A DNA stretch of 64,000 nt from Pristiophorus japonicus (GCF_044704955.1 NC_091999.1:15252001-15316000), one strand, 5' to 3'; counted from the first letter of the stretch, positions 42,356 through 54,072 are shown. The notes: generated by a model from the letters alone, not told the origin. Made by a program: numbers and translations.

Positions 42356-43869
42356 TAAATGTCAACATTTAAATACACTTTACAATGGGTCACTCCTCTG
42401 GTCGCTGTTCGAACTTGTTTAGTTTAAATGGCTGTAATCTTACGCTAAATGGCCATCCAGTGAATTACTGATCTGTTCAGAGAAGTTCCATTGACTTTAG
42501 TAGCAGAATTTTCAGAATTGAATTTTTAATTTTAATATTTTCCCTTTGATATAAATCACATCTCTTCTAATTGAACAAACCAAAAACCGATGTCACAGCT
42601 GGAGATATTTCAATATCTTTGTACCAACTGTCAATATTCATAAAATAAACCCGTGCTGTGAGTTAAAACTAATCAGTTAATGACTTTGTGGATCTGGTCT
42701 TGCTGCCATGAACACTTCATGGACACCACTGAGGTGTTTATGTAAATAAACACAGAAATAGGAGTCCCAGATTAGAATATTGAATGATAGAAGCACAATA
42801 AATGTTTCCTCATCAATACAGAATAGAAATAAACAGAGAGAGAAATGTTAATATCTCAACGGATTCCAGCAACAATTGATGTTTCGGAGATTTCTTTCAG
42901 TTATTGGTGAATAAATCAACGATGATATCCACGGTCAGAATGGGGAAAGATTCTAGTCACCGTATATAGTGACAGCTCAAATGCATTAGTGGCAATTCCC
43001 TGTATCCCCTCCCTCTCTGCCTCTCTCTACTATCCCCACCTTCTGCCTTGCCTCTAAAGAATGCGTCATTATCTTTACCTCACAACAACGAAGTCAATGT
43101 CGAACAAAAATGTTCCCTAAGGTCTATTTCCAGGCCTCAAACCAAATTGGCGGGAGTGCGGAGAGGCAGCTTTATAATAAAATATGTCGTGTGAACTCAA
43201 TGATCTGGGGGTGTTTGATGGGACTCTGAAGAGGGAACTTTACTCTGCATCTAACCCCGTGCTGTACCTGCCCTGGGAGTGTTTGATCGGATGGGGTCGA
43301 GGGAGCTTTACTCTGCAGCTAACTTGTGCTGTACCTGCCCTGGGAGTGTTTGATGGGACAGTGTGGAGGGTGCTTTACTCTGCATAGACCAGTGCTGTAC
43401 CTGCCCTGGGAGAGTTTGATGGGACGGTGTAGAGCAAGCTTTACTCTCTATCTAAACCGTGCTATACCTGCCCAGGGAGTGTTTGATGGGACGATGTCGA
43501 GGGAGCTTTACTGTTTCTCGACTCATGCTGTAACAGCGCTGGGCGTGTTTGCTGGGACATCATCGAGGGAGCTTTAGTCTGCATAGACCCGCGCTGTACC
43601 TGCCCTGGGAATGTTTGATGGCACAGTGTGACATCACTATCCCAGAAAAATGTTATTATCAGTGCACCTTCCTGTATATAGAATTTCATTTTTCCCTGTT
43701 TGACATCTTCACGTCAGCAACACGTAAAGAATGGGTAACGTCATTGTTCACAACAATGCAGCGTCATCAACGTGACTTGGTCGCCATAGCTACATCAGTG
43801 TGACCTCTGACCCTCGGCTACTCAGATTGTTCGATTTGACCGATATCGATACATCTATATCCCAAGGTC

Positions 43870-44760
43870 CAGTGTAGTAATAACCGATACAGGTCCAATT
43901 GTATCATAGACAGAGAGAGGATATACTGTAATATATACAGTGACAGGGTCTAGTGTAAAATAAGCAGACACCGTGTCAAGTGTAATATAAACAGAGAAAG
44001 TGTCTAGTGTAATATAAACAGATACAGGGTCTAGTGAAATATAAACAGAGACAGGGTCTAGTGTAATATAAACAGATACAGGGTCTAGTGTAATATAAAA
44101 AATACAGAGTCTAGTGTAATATAAACAGAGGCAGTGTCGAGTTTAATATAAAAATACAGGTTCTAGAATAATATAAACAGAGACAGGGTCTAGTGTAATA
44201 TAAGTAGAGACAGGGGCTAGTGTAATAGAAACAGAGACAGGGTCTAGTGTAATATAAACAGAGGCAGGGCCAATCTATTATAAAGAGACAGGGGCTAGAA
44301 TAATATAAACTGTGTCAGGGTTCAACATAATATAATAAAGGATGTCTTGCTGTAATAATAACTAATACATGATCTATTGTATTATAAACGTTGGCATTTT
44401 CTAGTGCAATGTAAACTGAGACAGAGTCTAGTGTAATATAAACAGAGACAAGGACTAGTGAAATATTGACAGAAACAGGGTGTATGGTAATATAAACAGA
44501 GGCAGCATCTAGTTCAGTAGTAACTGTGACAAAATCTAATGTATTATAACGGAGGGTCTGGTACTGTGATAACTGATACAGAGCCTAGCATAATATAAAC
44601 AGAGACAGAGTCGAGTGCAGTGTAACTGAGACAGTATCTACAGCAATAAAATAGATCCCGAGACTAGTGCAGTAATAACTGAGACAGGGCCTTGTGCCAT
44701 CTGAATAGAGAGATGATCCAGTGCATTTCTAATTATACAAGGTCTAGAGTAATTTAAACA
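43870..44760 (+). repeat. 27-bp minisatellite, forward orientation
   Basis: Same consensus. Confidence 0.9.
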
Positions 44761-44811
44761 TATTGAATGTCTAGAGTAATTTGATAGCAACATTCCAGCC
44801 TTGCAAATCTT

Positions 44812-44925
44812 CATGTCTGTCCGACTGTCTATCCGTCTGTCTGTCTGTCGTTCGGTCGGCCGGTCCGTCCGTCTATCCATCTGTCATTCGATTCGTATTT
44901 CTATCCATCTATCTGTACTTCTGTC
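44812..44925. repeat. Imperfect (TCTG/TCCG/TCCA)n tetranucleotide tract
   Basis: Direct reading. Confidence 0.8.
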
Positions 44926-44927
44926 TA

Positions 44928-45425
44928 ACATTACACTAGACCCTGTCCCTGTTTATATTAAGCTAGACCCTGTCTCTGTTTATATTACACTAGACCCTGT
45001 CCCTGTTTATATTACCCTAGACCCTGTCCCTGTTTACATTACGCTAGAACCTGTCTCTGTTTATATTACACTAGATCTTGTCTCTGTTTATAATGTGCTA
45101 GACACTGCCCCTGTTTATATTACACTAGACCCTGTCTCTGTTTTTTATTACACTCGGCATTGTCTCTGTTTATATTGTTCTAGACACTATCCCTGTTTAT
45201 ATTACACTAGACCATGTCTCTGTTTAAATTACAGCAGAATCTGTCCCTCTTTATATTATACTAGACCCTGTAGCTGTTTATATTGCACGAGACCCTGTCT
45301 CTTTTTATATTAAACTGAATGTTGTCTCTGGTTTTGTTACACTCGGCCCAGTTTCTGTTTATATTACGCCAGGCACTGTCTCTGTTTATATTATCCTCGA
45401 CACTGTCTCTCTTTTTAATACACCA
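44928..45425 (-). repeat. 27-bp minisatellite, reverse orientation
   Basis: ACCCTGTCTCTGTTTATATTACACTAG is the reverse complement of the consensus. Confidence 0.92.
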
Positions 45426-46010
45426 GTTCATCTTTCCTTTTCAAATATATATTCTTTTCCCGATTTGAAAGTTATAATTGAATCTGCTGCCATCACACTT
45501 TCAGACAAATACATTCCAGGTTATTACAACTCCTTATCTCCCTATCTCCCATCTGGATTTATTTTATCAATCATCTTAATCTTTGTCCTCTGGTTACCGA
45601 TAGACCTGCCGATGGAAACCCTAACTTACTATCAACACTATGAAACCCCTTCACAATTTTGAAAACCTCTGTTAATTCCGCCCTAAGCATTCCCTGCTAT
45701 AATAAGAATAATCCCATCCTCTCTCGTGTCTACATAATTGAACTCCCTCATGCCTTGCAGCAATCTCCTCTGCATCCTCAGCAACAGCCCGACAATCTTC
45801 CTAAAGGGTGGATTGAAATAAATGCGATCTTTATTTACCCTTCAGATTATTTCGAAGGATACATGCTCCCTACAAATTTGACTGACTGAGAAGTAATCTG
45901 AGCATTAATTATATTGTTAAAATGATATTATTTGTTTTGACAATGCAGACGGTGACTGAAATGCTCAGCAACATCCGTCTCCACATGACTTATCTTTCAA
46001 TATGATCACT

Positions 46011-46025
46011 GTCGCCACCTGCTGA
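46011..46025 (-). promoter_or_regulatory. Candidate CTCF site
   Basis: Minus strand TCAGCAGGTGGCGAC fits the core YCRSYAGRKGGCR; motif evidence only. Confidence 0.45.
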
Positions 46026-46269
46026 TAAAGGATATCTGCTGTAGGCCTCAGAGCTTACTTTAAACATGATTCATAATTCCAACCACAATAACTTACTTGA
46101 ACGTTTACGCAGAGGATTTTTTTTCGAGCGAACCACAAGAGGTGCAGATGATCAGGAAGTATCAAGGGCGGAATTAGCAAAATTATGTTGCAAATTCACC
46201 TTCAGCTCATCACACAGAGCCGTCAGATTAGATAAACTTCCATAATGAATAAAAACCTGACAGGAAACA

Positions 46270-47180
46270 TGGTGCAACCATGGCTAACAAGGGAAATTAA
46301 AGACAGTATTAGATTAATTGAACATGCTTAGAATGTTGACAAAACCAGTAGTAAGCCCGAAAATTGGGAAGATTTTAGAATTCTGCAAAAGATGCACATG
46401 CAACTGATCATATGGGAGAAAATATAAAATTAAATAAGCTATCAAAAACCTAAAAACAGATTGTTAGAACTTCTACACGTGTATAGAAAGATGACTTAAA
46501 TTTGCGTACTGTACAATAAAAAGTTAGGTAGGACAGTAAACAGTGAGGAGCAAGTAAGGAGGCTGCAAATGCATATTGACAGGTTAAGTGAGTGGGCAAG
46601 AACATGACAGATTGAGTATAATGTGGAGAAGTGTGAAGTTACGCATTTTGATAGGACAAATAGAAACGCAGATATTTTTTGGATGCTGTGAAAGTGGGTA
46701 ATGTTGCTATTCAGAAAGACCTGGATGGCCTTGTACACGAATCACAGAAAGCTAACATAGAGCCAAAGTGACCAATTAGGAAAGCAAATGGTAAGCAACA
46801 TTTTATTGCAAAGGAATTGGAGTATTAGAGTAAAGAAGCCTTCATGCACTTCTATTGGGCCCTGCTGAGACTACACCTGTTGTATTGTGTACAGTTTATT
46901 TCTCCTAGACGAAGGAAGGATACACTTGCCTTAGAGGGAGTGCATCGAAGGTGCATCAGCCTGATTCCTGGGATGGCGGAGCGGGGGTGGGGGCGGGGGG
47001 GGCGGCTGTCCTATGAGGAGAGATTGAGTATCTAAGGTCCATATTTCGTGAAAATCAGAACATAAGAACATAAGAATTGGGAGCAGGAGTAGGCCATACG
47101 GTTCCTCGAGCCTGCCCCATCATTCAACGGGATCATCGCTGACCTTCTACCTCAACTCCACTTCCCTGCACTATCCACAT
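46270..47180. mobile_element. Old CR1 fragments (+ strand 46270-47040; - strand 3' end 47058-47180)
   Basis: LQMHIDRLSEWA and LHLLYCVQF remnants; CR1 tail AGAACATAAGAA. Confidence 0.65.
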
Positions 47181-49387
47181 ATCTAAATGGAAACATATGC
47201 AGGGCTTCGGGGAAAGGGCGTGGGATTGGCACAATTGTACAAAGTACTTCAAGTGTGGTCTAACCAAGTTTAGCATAACTTTTGCACTTTTCAATTCTAT
47301 CCCTCTAGAAATAAACCCACGTGCATGTTTCCTTCTTTTTATGGCATTATTAACTGCGTCGCTACTTTTAATGATATATGTATTTGCACTCTCAGAGACC
47401 TTTCTTCCTCCATCCCACTAGGATTCTTATTTTATAAGTGATAAGTTGACCTTATTTTTCTTACCAAAATATAATACCTCATACTTGTCTGTGTTGAAAT
47501 TAATTAGTTAATTCATGTATTCTTGCAATTCGTAGCAGCGTTCCACAGTATTGACACCCCAACCCGCCCGCCCCACGTGCATTCGAAAATTTAGAAATTG
47601 TGTTTTTGACTCCAAAATCTAAATTGTTAATATAAGATGTGAACAGTAGTAGACCCAGCACTNNNNNNNNNNNNNNNNNNNNNNNNNNNNNNNNNNNNNN
47701 NNNNNNNNNNNNNNNNNNNNNNNNNNNNNNNNNNNNNNNNNNNNNNNNNNNNNNNNNNNNNNNNNNNNNNNNNNNNNNNNNNNNNNNNNNNNNNNNNNNN
47801 NNNNNNNNNNNNNNNNNNNNNNNNNNNNNNNNNNNNNNNNNNNNNNNNNNNNNNNNNNNNNNNGGTACTGATACTCCAGCTGACTGCTGCTACTGACATG
47901 GTGTCTGAGACATTGGATATATTTCCTTTCCTGGGATATGGGAACAGTTACACACATTTACATGACAAAAAAAAAACTTAACTCCAGTACTGTTACTGGG
48001 TAGATGTGTATACAAATATATATTTTGACAATGTAAAGGTTTTGAAGTTGGCTTCCAGGCATGCGGTCAGTAGTTAGAAAACAGACCTTTGATGGACTGC
48101 ACAGCATCCGAGATGCTTCCTGTAAATGACACTTGTGTTCGACGCTCGCTGACGGCAGTCGGTTGGGTTACTGTCAAATATTGTGTGGTTCAGATTAGCG
48201 TGAACAAGAATGGGAGAAAGATGGTATTTAACTATGTGAACATTAAATTATTTAGTAGCACTTTTAAAACAAGAAACATTTTACATGGTATAACACCTCA
48301 AGAATGATTTTCCGTAAATTCTTTGCTCACAATATTATAAAATAGGATCGGAAAATAATGAATTGATACACACGGTATCTAATGTAAACTATTTCCAAAT
48401 AAAGACCATTCTAGACATTCAGTCCCTTTAATCAATACAGCATGAAGTGCTGGAGAGAGGTTTAATGGTCCCACCCCACACTGTAGAGAGATGAGTAGGA
48501 TTCGCAAAGTAAATAAAATAGAGGTGGAATTGCCTTGAATATTCAAACAGAGAAGTGCCAGCTGCACTTCTTTAATATTCTCACAGAATTCTGCGCCTGA
48601 TCTAAACTAATGTCTCCATTATTCCTGATTAGTAGCCGCGCAGTGTGCGGTGTAATTTGAGCTGATGTTGATCCCTGAACAACCCCTCTCATAGCTCGGC
48701 TACCTATGGGTGGTGAAATGCCCAGATTGTGATCTGTTTCTGCTGGACATGAAGCATTTGTTCCTGTGATATTCTGTAACATACCGCTATGTCCTGATAC
48801 ACTGTATGTCTGTTACACATTCGGTCGCTTTAAAGTTAGCTGCAAGGATTTGGATGTCGAGGTTTGCTGATCACATTATCGGTTCTGATTCACAAGCTTC
48901 TCTCATAAAACGCTGGTCTGAAGCGGGCGGGCACACCTTTCTTATGTGTCTCCTTCAACATCTGTGCTTAGTGATCAGGCAAGCAGACTTATTTTACAGT
49001 GAATTTTGTAAAGGACTGTCTGGGGTTCGCACACTAACGGGTAGTTACTGAAATGCAATGAGAGAAAATTGTATAATGTGAGGAGTATGAACTCATCTCC
49101 AGACCAAAAGTGTGTAGCTTTAGCCAAGTACACCGTAAATAGAATCACATTACCCATCTCCCGCACTCGGTTACATCGAGTGATAACAATTCAGATTATA
49201 AGGGATACTTTATTGGTACAGATGCATGGATAGATAGCGGGAGATGGAGAAACACAAACTGGCCGTGTCTTTAGACCCTGATAATGTAAGTCAACTCAGA
49301 GATTCACGGACCTGTGAAGCAGTGAGGAAATAAAAGGATTTTATTTACAGTCCAGATGTGAGTCCATTCTGTTGGTGATGTGGAAGG

Positions 49388-49470
49388 TGTGACGTGGATC
49401 CAGAAACCGCCTCTATCAGGGAATCAATGGGCGGCGCCTGTAACCTCGCCCCCATCTCCCGGGTATTTAA
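49388..49470 (+). promoter_or_regulatory. Putative VH promoter: CRE-like TGTGACGTGG (49388-49397) and TATA-like TATTTAA (49464-49470)
   Basis: Motifs lie ~175 and ~100 bp upstream of the leader ATG. I saw no ATGCAAAT octamer nearby, consistent with octamer-less shark VH promoters. Confidence 0.55.
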
Positions 49471-49562
49471 CTGCCGGTCACTGGGACCGCAATACAACAG
49501 TCTGGGAGTGGGTTTGCTCAGTGAGTTCTTGCCGGAACCATTCACCACACATTGCCAGGAGG

Positions 49563-49608
49563 ATGAGGTCGGCGATTTCTCTCAGTCTGTTGCTGGCTTA
49601 CTTTTCCC
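49563..49608 (+). CDS. IGHV: IgH V leader exon ([16 protein letters not shown])
   Basis: Hydrophobic signal peptide, phase-1 donor C|GTGAGT at 49609, 127-bp intron ending tttctgcAG at 49735. Confidence 0.93.
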
Positions 49609-49735
49609 GTGAGTAGTTTTTATTGTCCAATCTCTCACTGTTACTGTCTCAGTGTTAGTTTCTCTCTGGAATGTTACAGAGTCAGGAATCATTTCACCAG
49701 GATTGATGCTCTGGGGTTTTTGATTATTTCTGCAG

Positions 49736-50040
49736 GTGTCCAGTCGGATATGGTGTTGACTCAGCCCGAGGCAGAGACCAGGATTCCCGGGGGCTCCCTG
49801 AGACTGACCTGTAAAACCAGCGGCTTAGATCTTGGTGGCAGCTACATGTACTGGATCCGCCAGGTTCCCGGACAGGGGCTGGAGTGGCTGATTAGATATT
49901 ATAGTTCATCGGACAAGCATTACACCCCGGGGACTGAGGGCCGATTTACTGTGTCCAAAGATAATTCAAGCAACATCTTCGCGTTGGACATGAAGAACCT
50001 GCGGAGCGAAGACACCGCCATCTATTACTGTGCAAGGCAC
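49736..50040 (+). CDS. IGHV: Immunoglobulin heavy-chain variable segment (shark IgM VH), open reading frame
   Basis: (R)[29 protein letters not shown]...[13 protein letters not shown]...[33 protein letters not shown]. Both canonical Cys, the FR2 Trp and the YYC motif are intact. Confidence 0.97.
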
Positions 50041-50079
50041 CACAGCGAGAGGAACCAGGGCTGGACCCATACAAGAACA
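50041..50079 (+). other. VH 3' recombination signal sequence, 23-bp spacer
   Basis: Heptamer CACAGCG (50041-47), exactly 23 nt, nonamer ACAAGAACA (50071-79). Confidence 0.93.
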
Positions 50080-50485
50080 GATCGAGGGGGAATTCAACAA
50101 CTTCCATCATAACCTGACGGTCAGTAATTGTGTCAAATGCACTGTTAACGGCAGTGTTCAGAACCAGACCACAAACCGCTTCTTACAAAACTAAGACACT
50201 GAGAATTCAATGGTGAAAATTTAACACACTAACCAATGTACAGAGAGGAGGTTTTGGTTGTGCTCCTGTTTAATGTTAACAGTGTCAGCAATTGCAGAGC
50301 TTGACATGATGTTCGATTCACTGTGCCTGATACCTGCAGGGAGCTGGTGAGAACTGTGTTCTCCTTCTATTTGTTCTGCAAACTGTTGGCTAAATTCTAA
50401 ACTTGATAAGTAGCGAATTTGTATTTGAAGTGCATGTGTATTTCAAATGAATGTTGAGAATCAGTACTGAGCAGAGACTGAATGC

Positions 50486-50513
50486 AATATTTGTGCGGGT
50501 TCCTATCACTGTC
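50486..50513 (-). other. 12-bp-spacer RSS 5' of the D-J segment, with mutated heptamer
   Basis: On + strand: nonamer AATATTTGT (50486-94), 12-nt spacer GCGGGTTCCTAT, heptamer CACTGTC (50507-13; consensus CACTGTG). It lies ~470 bp from VH, a typical shark V-D1 distance. Confidence 0.85.
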
Positions 50514-50578
50514 GGACCATGGGAATAAGGACGCCATGGGCTACTGGGGAGCAGGGACCATGGTGACGGTGATTGCAG
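50514..50578 (+). CDS. IGHJ: Germline-fused D(-D)-JH segment (DHGNKDAMGYWGAGTMVTVIA)
   Basis: WGxG-TMVTV JH motif and phase-1 donor G|GTAAGG at 50579. No RSS lies between the D-like 5' part and J, and the frame is open. Confidence 0.88.
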
Positions 50579-53408
50579 GTAAGGAACATTCACACATTCT
50601 GCAACTGTTGTATTTATGCCTTTATTTTACATTTCTCTTTATTTTAATAATTATTTCGTTCACTGAAACTTGGGTTCGGTGTGTTCTCTATTGAGATTTT
50701 TCAATGTTTTATGAAATTCTGCGACAATGTGATTATAGAATTCAACTGTTTCTCCACAGAAATTGTTGTTGATGTGATTTGGTATTTATCTGCTAACGAG
50801 TTTCTATGCTGGAGTTACGTTAAATACTTTATGGTTGTTACACTGTTTGACACTTCTGCAATGTTTAATCTCGGTGACCTATGATTGCTGCAGTTTTTCT
50901 GATCGAATACAAACATTGTGTTTAAATATTTTTGAAAGAACATTGTAGACACGTAACAGAAACCTTAGCGCTCAATATATATTCTTAAGGAATTTAAAGA
51001 TTTTAGTGAAAATTACATTTGTCATCTACTGAATGCACAGATTCAAACGTGAAGTGTTGCTGTAATTAAGGACTGAAAAATTAACAAATTTCCAGATAAA
51101 CCGGATTTAAATTAATATTACTAACATTATAATGAGGTAGTAATATCACTCATTATTATTAAAATATGCTATAATATTAATATTAATGTATTTTACATGA
51201 TCCGTCAAATCACAATTCTGCTGTCATTATTTTATATTTCAGTTGAATTCAATCATTAGTTATTTCAGTGTTAGGCGGGTTCGGTGATTCTGTTAAGAGA
51301 CTTTTTGCAATGATACATTTAATTCTGCTGAAATGGTTTATAGAATGAAGGATCTGCTCCATGAAAGGTTCTGTCGAGGGATTCCGCCCCTCAGTGATGT
51401 GATTTAGTGTTGATCTGCTGAGGAGAGTTTGTGCCGGTGTTATTCAGAATACCTAGAATTTGTGAAACTATTTGGCATTTCTACAATGTTTAATATCGGT
51501 GTCAGCGGGCAGCAGCAGGTTCCTGATCGAATGCAAACATGATATGTGTTTGAAACTGTTTGAAAGCAGATTTTAGGCAGAGATCAGGAAGGTTTTAGGA
51601 ATCTGAAATCATTGAAATGTATTTTAACATAACAATTATTGGTGATAATTATATATTCAACTATAAATTTATGTTTACGATGCTGATATTTACTGAGTGA
51701 AACGTAACTGTAATTACCAGCTATATAATTAACAATTATTCAGGTTGTAGCTCAAATAAATTACAATTAACAAACCGATTATAATGCGATAATATCTTCC
51801 AATGTTATCAAAATATGTTATAATATCAATATAATTTTCTTAATATTATTTGCCTTCCAAAATCCTGCTGTACACTGGGCTCCATTAAGAAGAGCAGAAA
51901 CTTTTAGAGGCTGGATACAATTATTAATTATGTCTGCAATTATTTCACTGACAACATATTGATTCCACCGTGTGTTCAGTTTGAGTCGGGAGTTCAATTA
52001 CTTGCTACCTCCTGTTTACAGAGATGAATGACAGTGTCTTTAATTATAACTTAAAGCCGTGTTGTAAATTGCATTTTGTCAATTTAATATGAAATTCTTA
52101 CTGTGCAACCGTAATTTGTTATTGAATCACTATTATGTTTGCAAGATCAGAGGCTGTGAGACAGGCGTCACTGGCAGTCAAATAATTATTCATGTGATTA
52201 TATTTAACTGCGTAGGCTCGAGATAGGCAAATAATCAATTGAAATTCAAGCAGATTAATTTACTTAGAAAATGTTCATCTTGTTTAGAATTTAACATCAC
52301 TTCCTTTCTCCGAAAGCGCTGCTATATACGGGATAGAACGGTAGACAAAGCACAGGTCATATCTGAGAGTTATGTTAATTCTTATTAATATTAAATTGAT
52401 GAACAAAGTCTCTCCTCCATTTACTCATTCAGGTTCAGTGTCGCAGATGGTCTGAATGATTTGTTATCCTCCAGTTTTACACTGACCATTCTGGAAATTA
52501 GTTTCAAGAAATAGCAGAATGTATTTAATAATTAATTTGGGGGCATTGTGTGAATAACGGGAGTGAACTGTAAAAGATTGTCTGTGTTATTAAATAGCGA
52601 AGGCTCTGCTACTGACTGAAAACTGGTTTTAATTAATAAAACCATTTTTGGGAAGTTATGATTGAGGAGAATATTTCAGCTCGAGAGTCCAGCTTTAGTA
52701 AACAAGTGGTTTACAGCACATCGGACTTGTGACCCGGGCCGGACAGTGATCTATTTAAAATAGTCCACTCCTCAATCCATCATGTGAAATGTACTCTGAA
52801 AATAGACGCAGTTTTTGTTATGTCAGAATATGCAGAATTTATAAATGTATCGGTAGAGAAGGGGACAGAAGTAGAACTGCGTGATTATCGTCAATTAGTC
52901 AAATGTGATTCGAGTTAAGTAAAAATAATTTATTTTTCTGATTGTATTTATGTATTAATATGCTGCTTAATATTTTACTGTTGATGAATTGTTATGGTAA
53001 GTTAAGTAAACCCTAATATATCACACGTTGCCAGGCAGAAAAGGTTTTAAAATTATTATTAATTAATTGTATTAGTAAGACTGAAATTCAAGCACATTAA
53101 TTTAATTTCAAAAGTTCCAGGTAGGTATGCTTCTGAGGAGGAAGTGCCAGACAGCTAACATGAACACAAACTTAGAATGTAACATTCGTGCTAATTCATT
53201 AAACATAAATGATCTCTTCCAATTGCATTACATACTGGTCAACATTACAGTTATTACACTATCTCAAGGGTTGGAGAGAATGTTTAATTAATTCCTAAAT
53301 TAATTTAGAAGACAATGCATGTATAACTCGACTGTGCTGAGTTCGATAAGCTATCGCTTAATATTTTAGTGGATTTTGCCTCGATGATTTTACAGGTTAT
53401 ATTTACTA

Positions 53409-53416
53409 ATGCAAAT
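53409..53416 (+). promoter_or_regulatory. Ig octamer ATGCAAAT in J-C intron (candidate enhancer element)
   Basis: Perfect octamer with PU.1 box GAGGAAGTG at 53138-53146; motif evidence only. Confidence 0.35.
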
Positions 53417-54072
53417 ATGTCAAATCAGTGGGTGATCAGGTTTCAATGTATATGTCTCCTGGATTGTGATATTCTTACCCTGTTACCGAGTCCCGTGTGA
53501 CGGGCAGCACATTCCGTGGAATGTGAATTATTTCCAGATACTTCTTTTCAGGGAAATTAATTTTTACACGGTTTACAATATAGTCGACCGAGAGGGAGAA
53601 ATGGCTGGACGTTGAATAGTTTCTCAAATTAATATGTTTAATTTCAAAAAATCTGCAGAGTTGAGGTGGTTGGAAATTGACAAGAAATAAATTAGAAATT
53701 AAACAGCTTCATTGAAATTAACAGATTGAACTGGTCTCTCTGCCTTGAGCACCGTTGTTGCACAGTTTGTGTCTGTTCTGTTCCTGTGCACCTGTTCACT
53801 GTGTGAGAATCAGGAGTCCTCCTGACGGTTTGTAAACCTTTTGGGTTGTGATCCTTTATTGCGGGGAGTGTCATTTGACTCAGTTATTTAAGAAACTGGT
53901 ATATGTGAGAAACTTGAAAGATTGACTTTAATGTTGAGGATTCGCCTCAGAAATGAGATCAGCAACCCAGATTGTGATATTCAGAAGGAGCAGTTCAGAA
54001 ACACCACTGGGATACTGTAGAAGGAGCTTTAATCAGTTTCTACCCTGCTGTACCAGCCTTGGAAGGGTTTCG

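Larger units (their letters stand above)
1..43625. repeat. Tandem segmental array of ~9-11 kb units (starts ~<1, 10500, 20665, 31575, 41535 partial)
   Basis: Landmark CCAGATG block at ~2297, 12031, 22127, 33008, 41715; collinear modules in each unit. Confidence 0.9.

Noticed and set aside
44801-45313. 170-aa ORF with ITLDPVSVY repeats (similar ORFs at 30659, 38149, 40049)
   Set aside because: Translation of a 27-bp (9-codon) satellite.
47619-47957. ORFs spanning N-runs (also 7265, 16352, 26774)
   Set aside because: Artefacts of unknown bases.
50319-50325. Perfect heptamer CACTGTG in the V-DJ spacer as a separate D segment
   Set aside because: No acceptable nonamer at 12 or 23 nt and no 3' RSS; at most a cryptic site.
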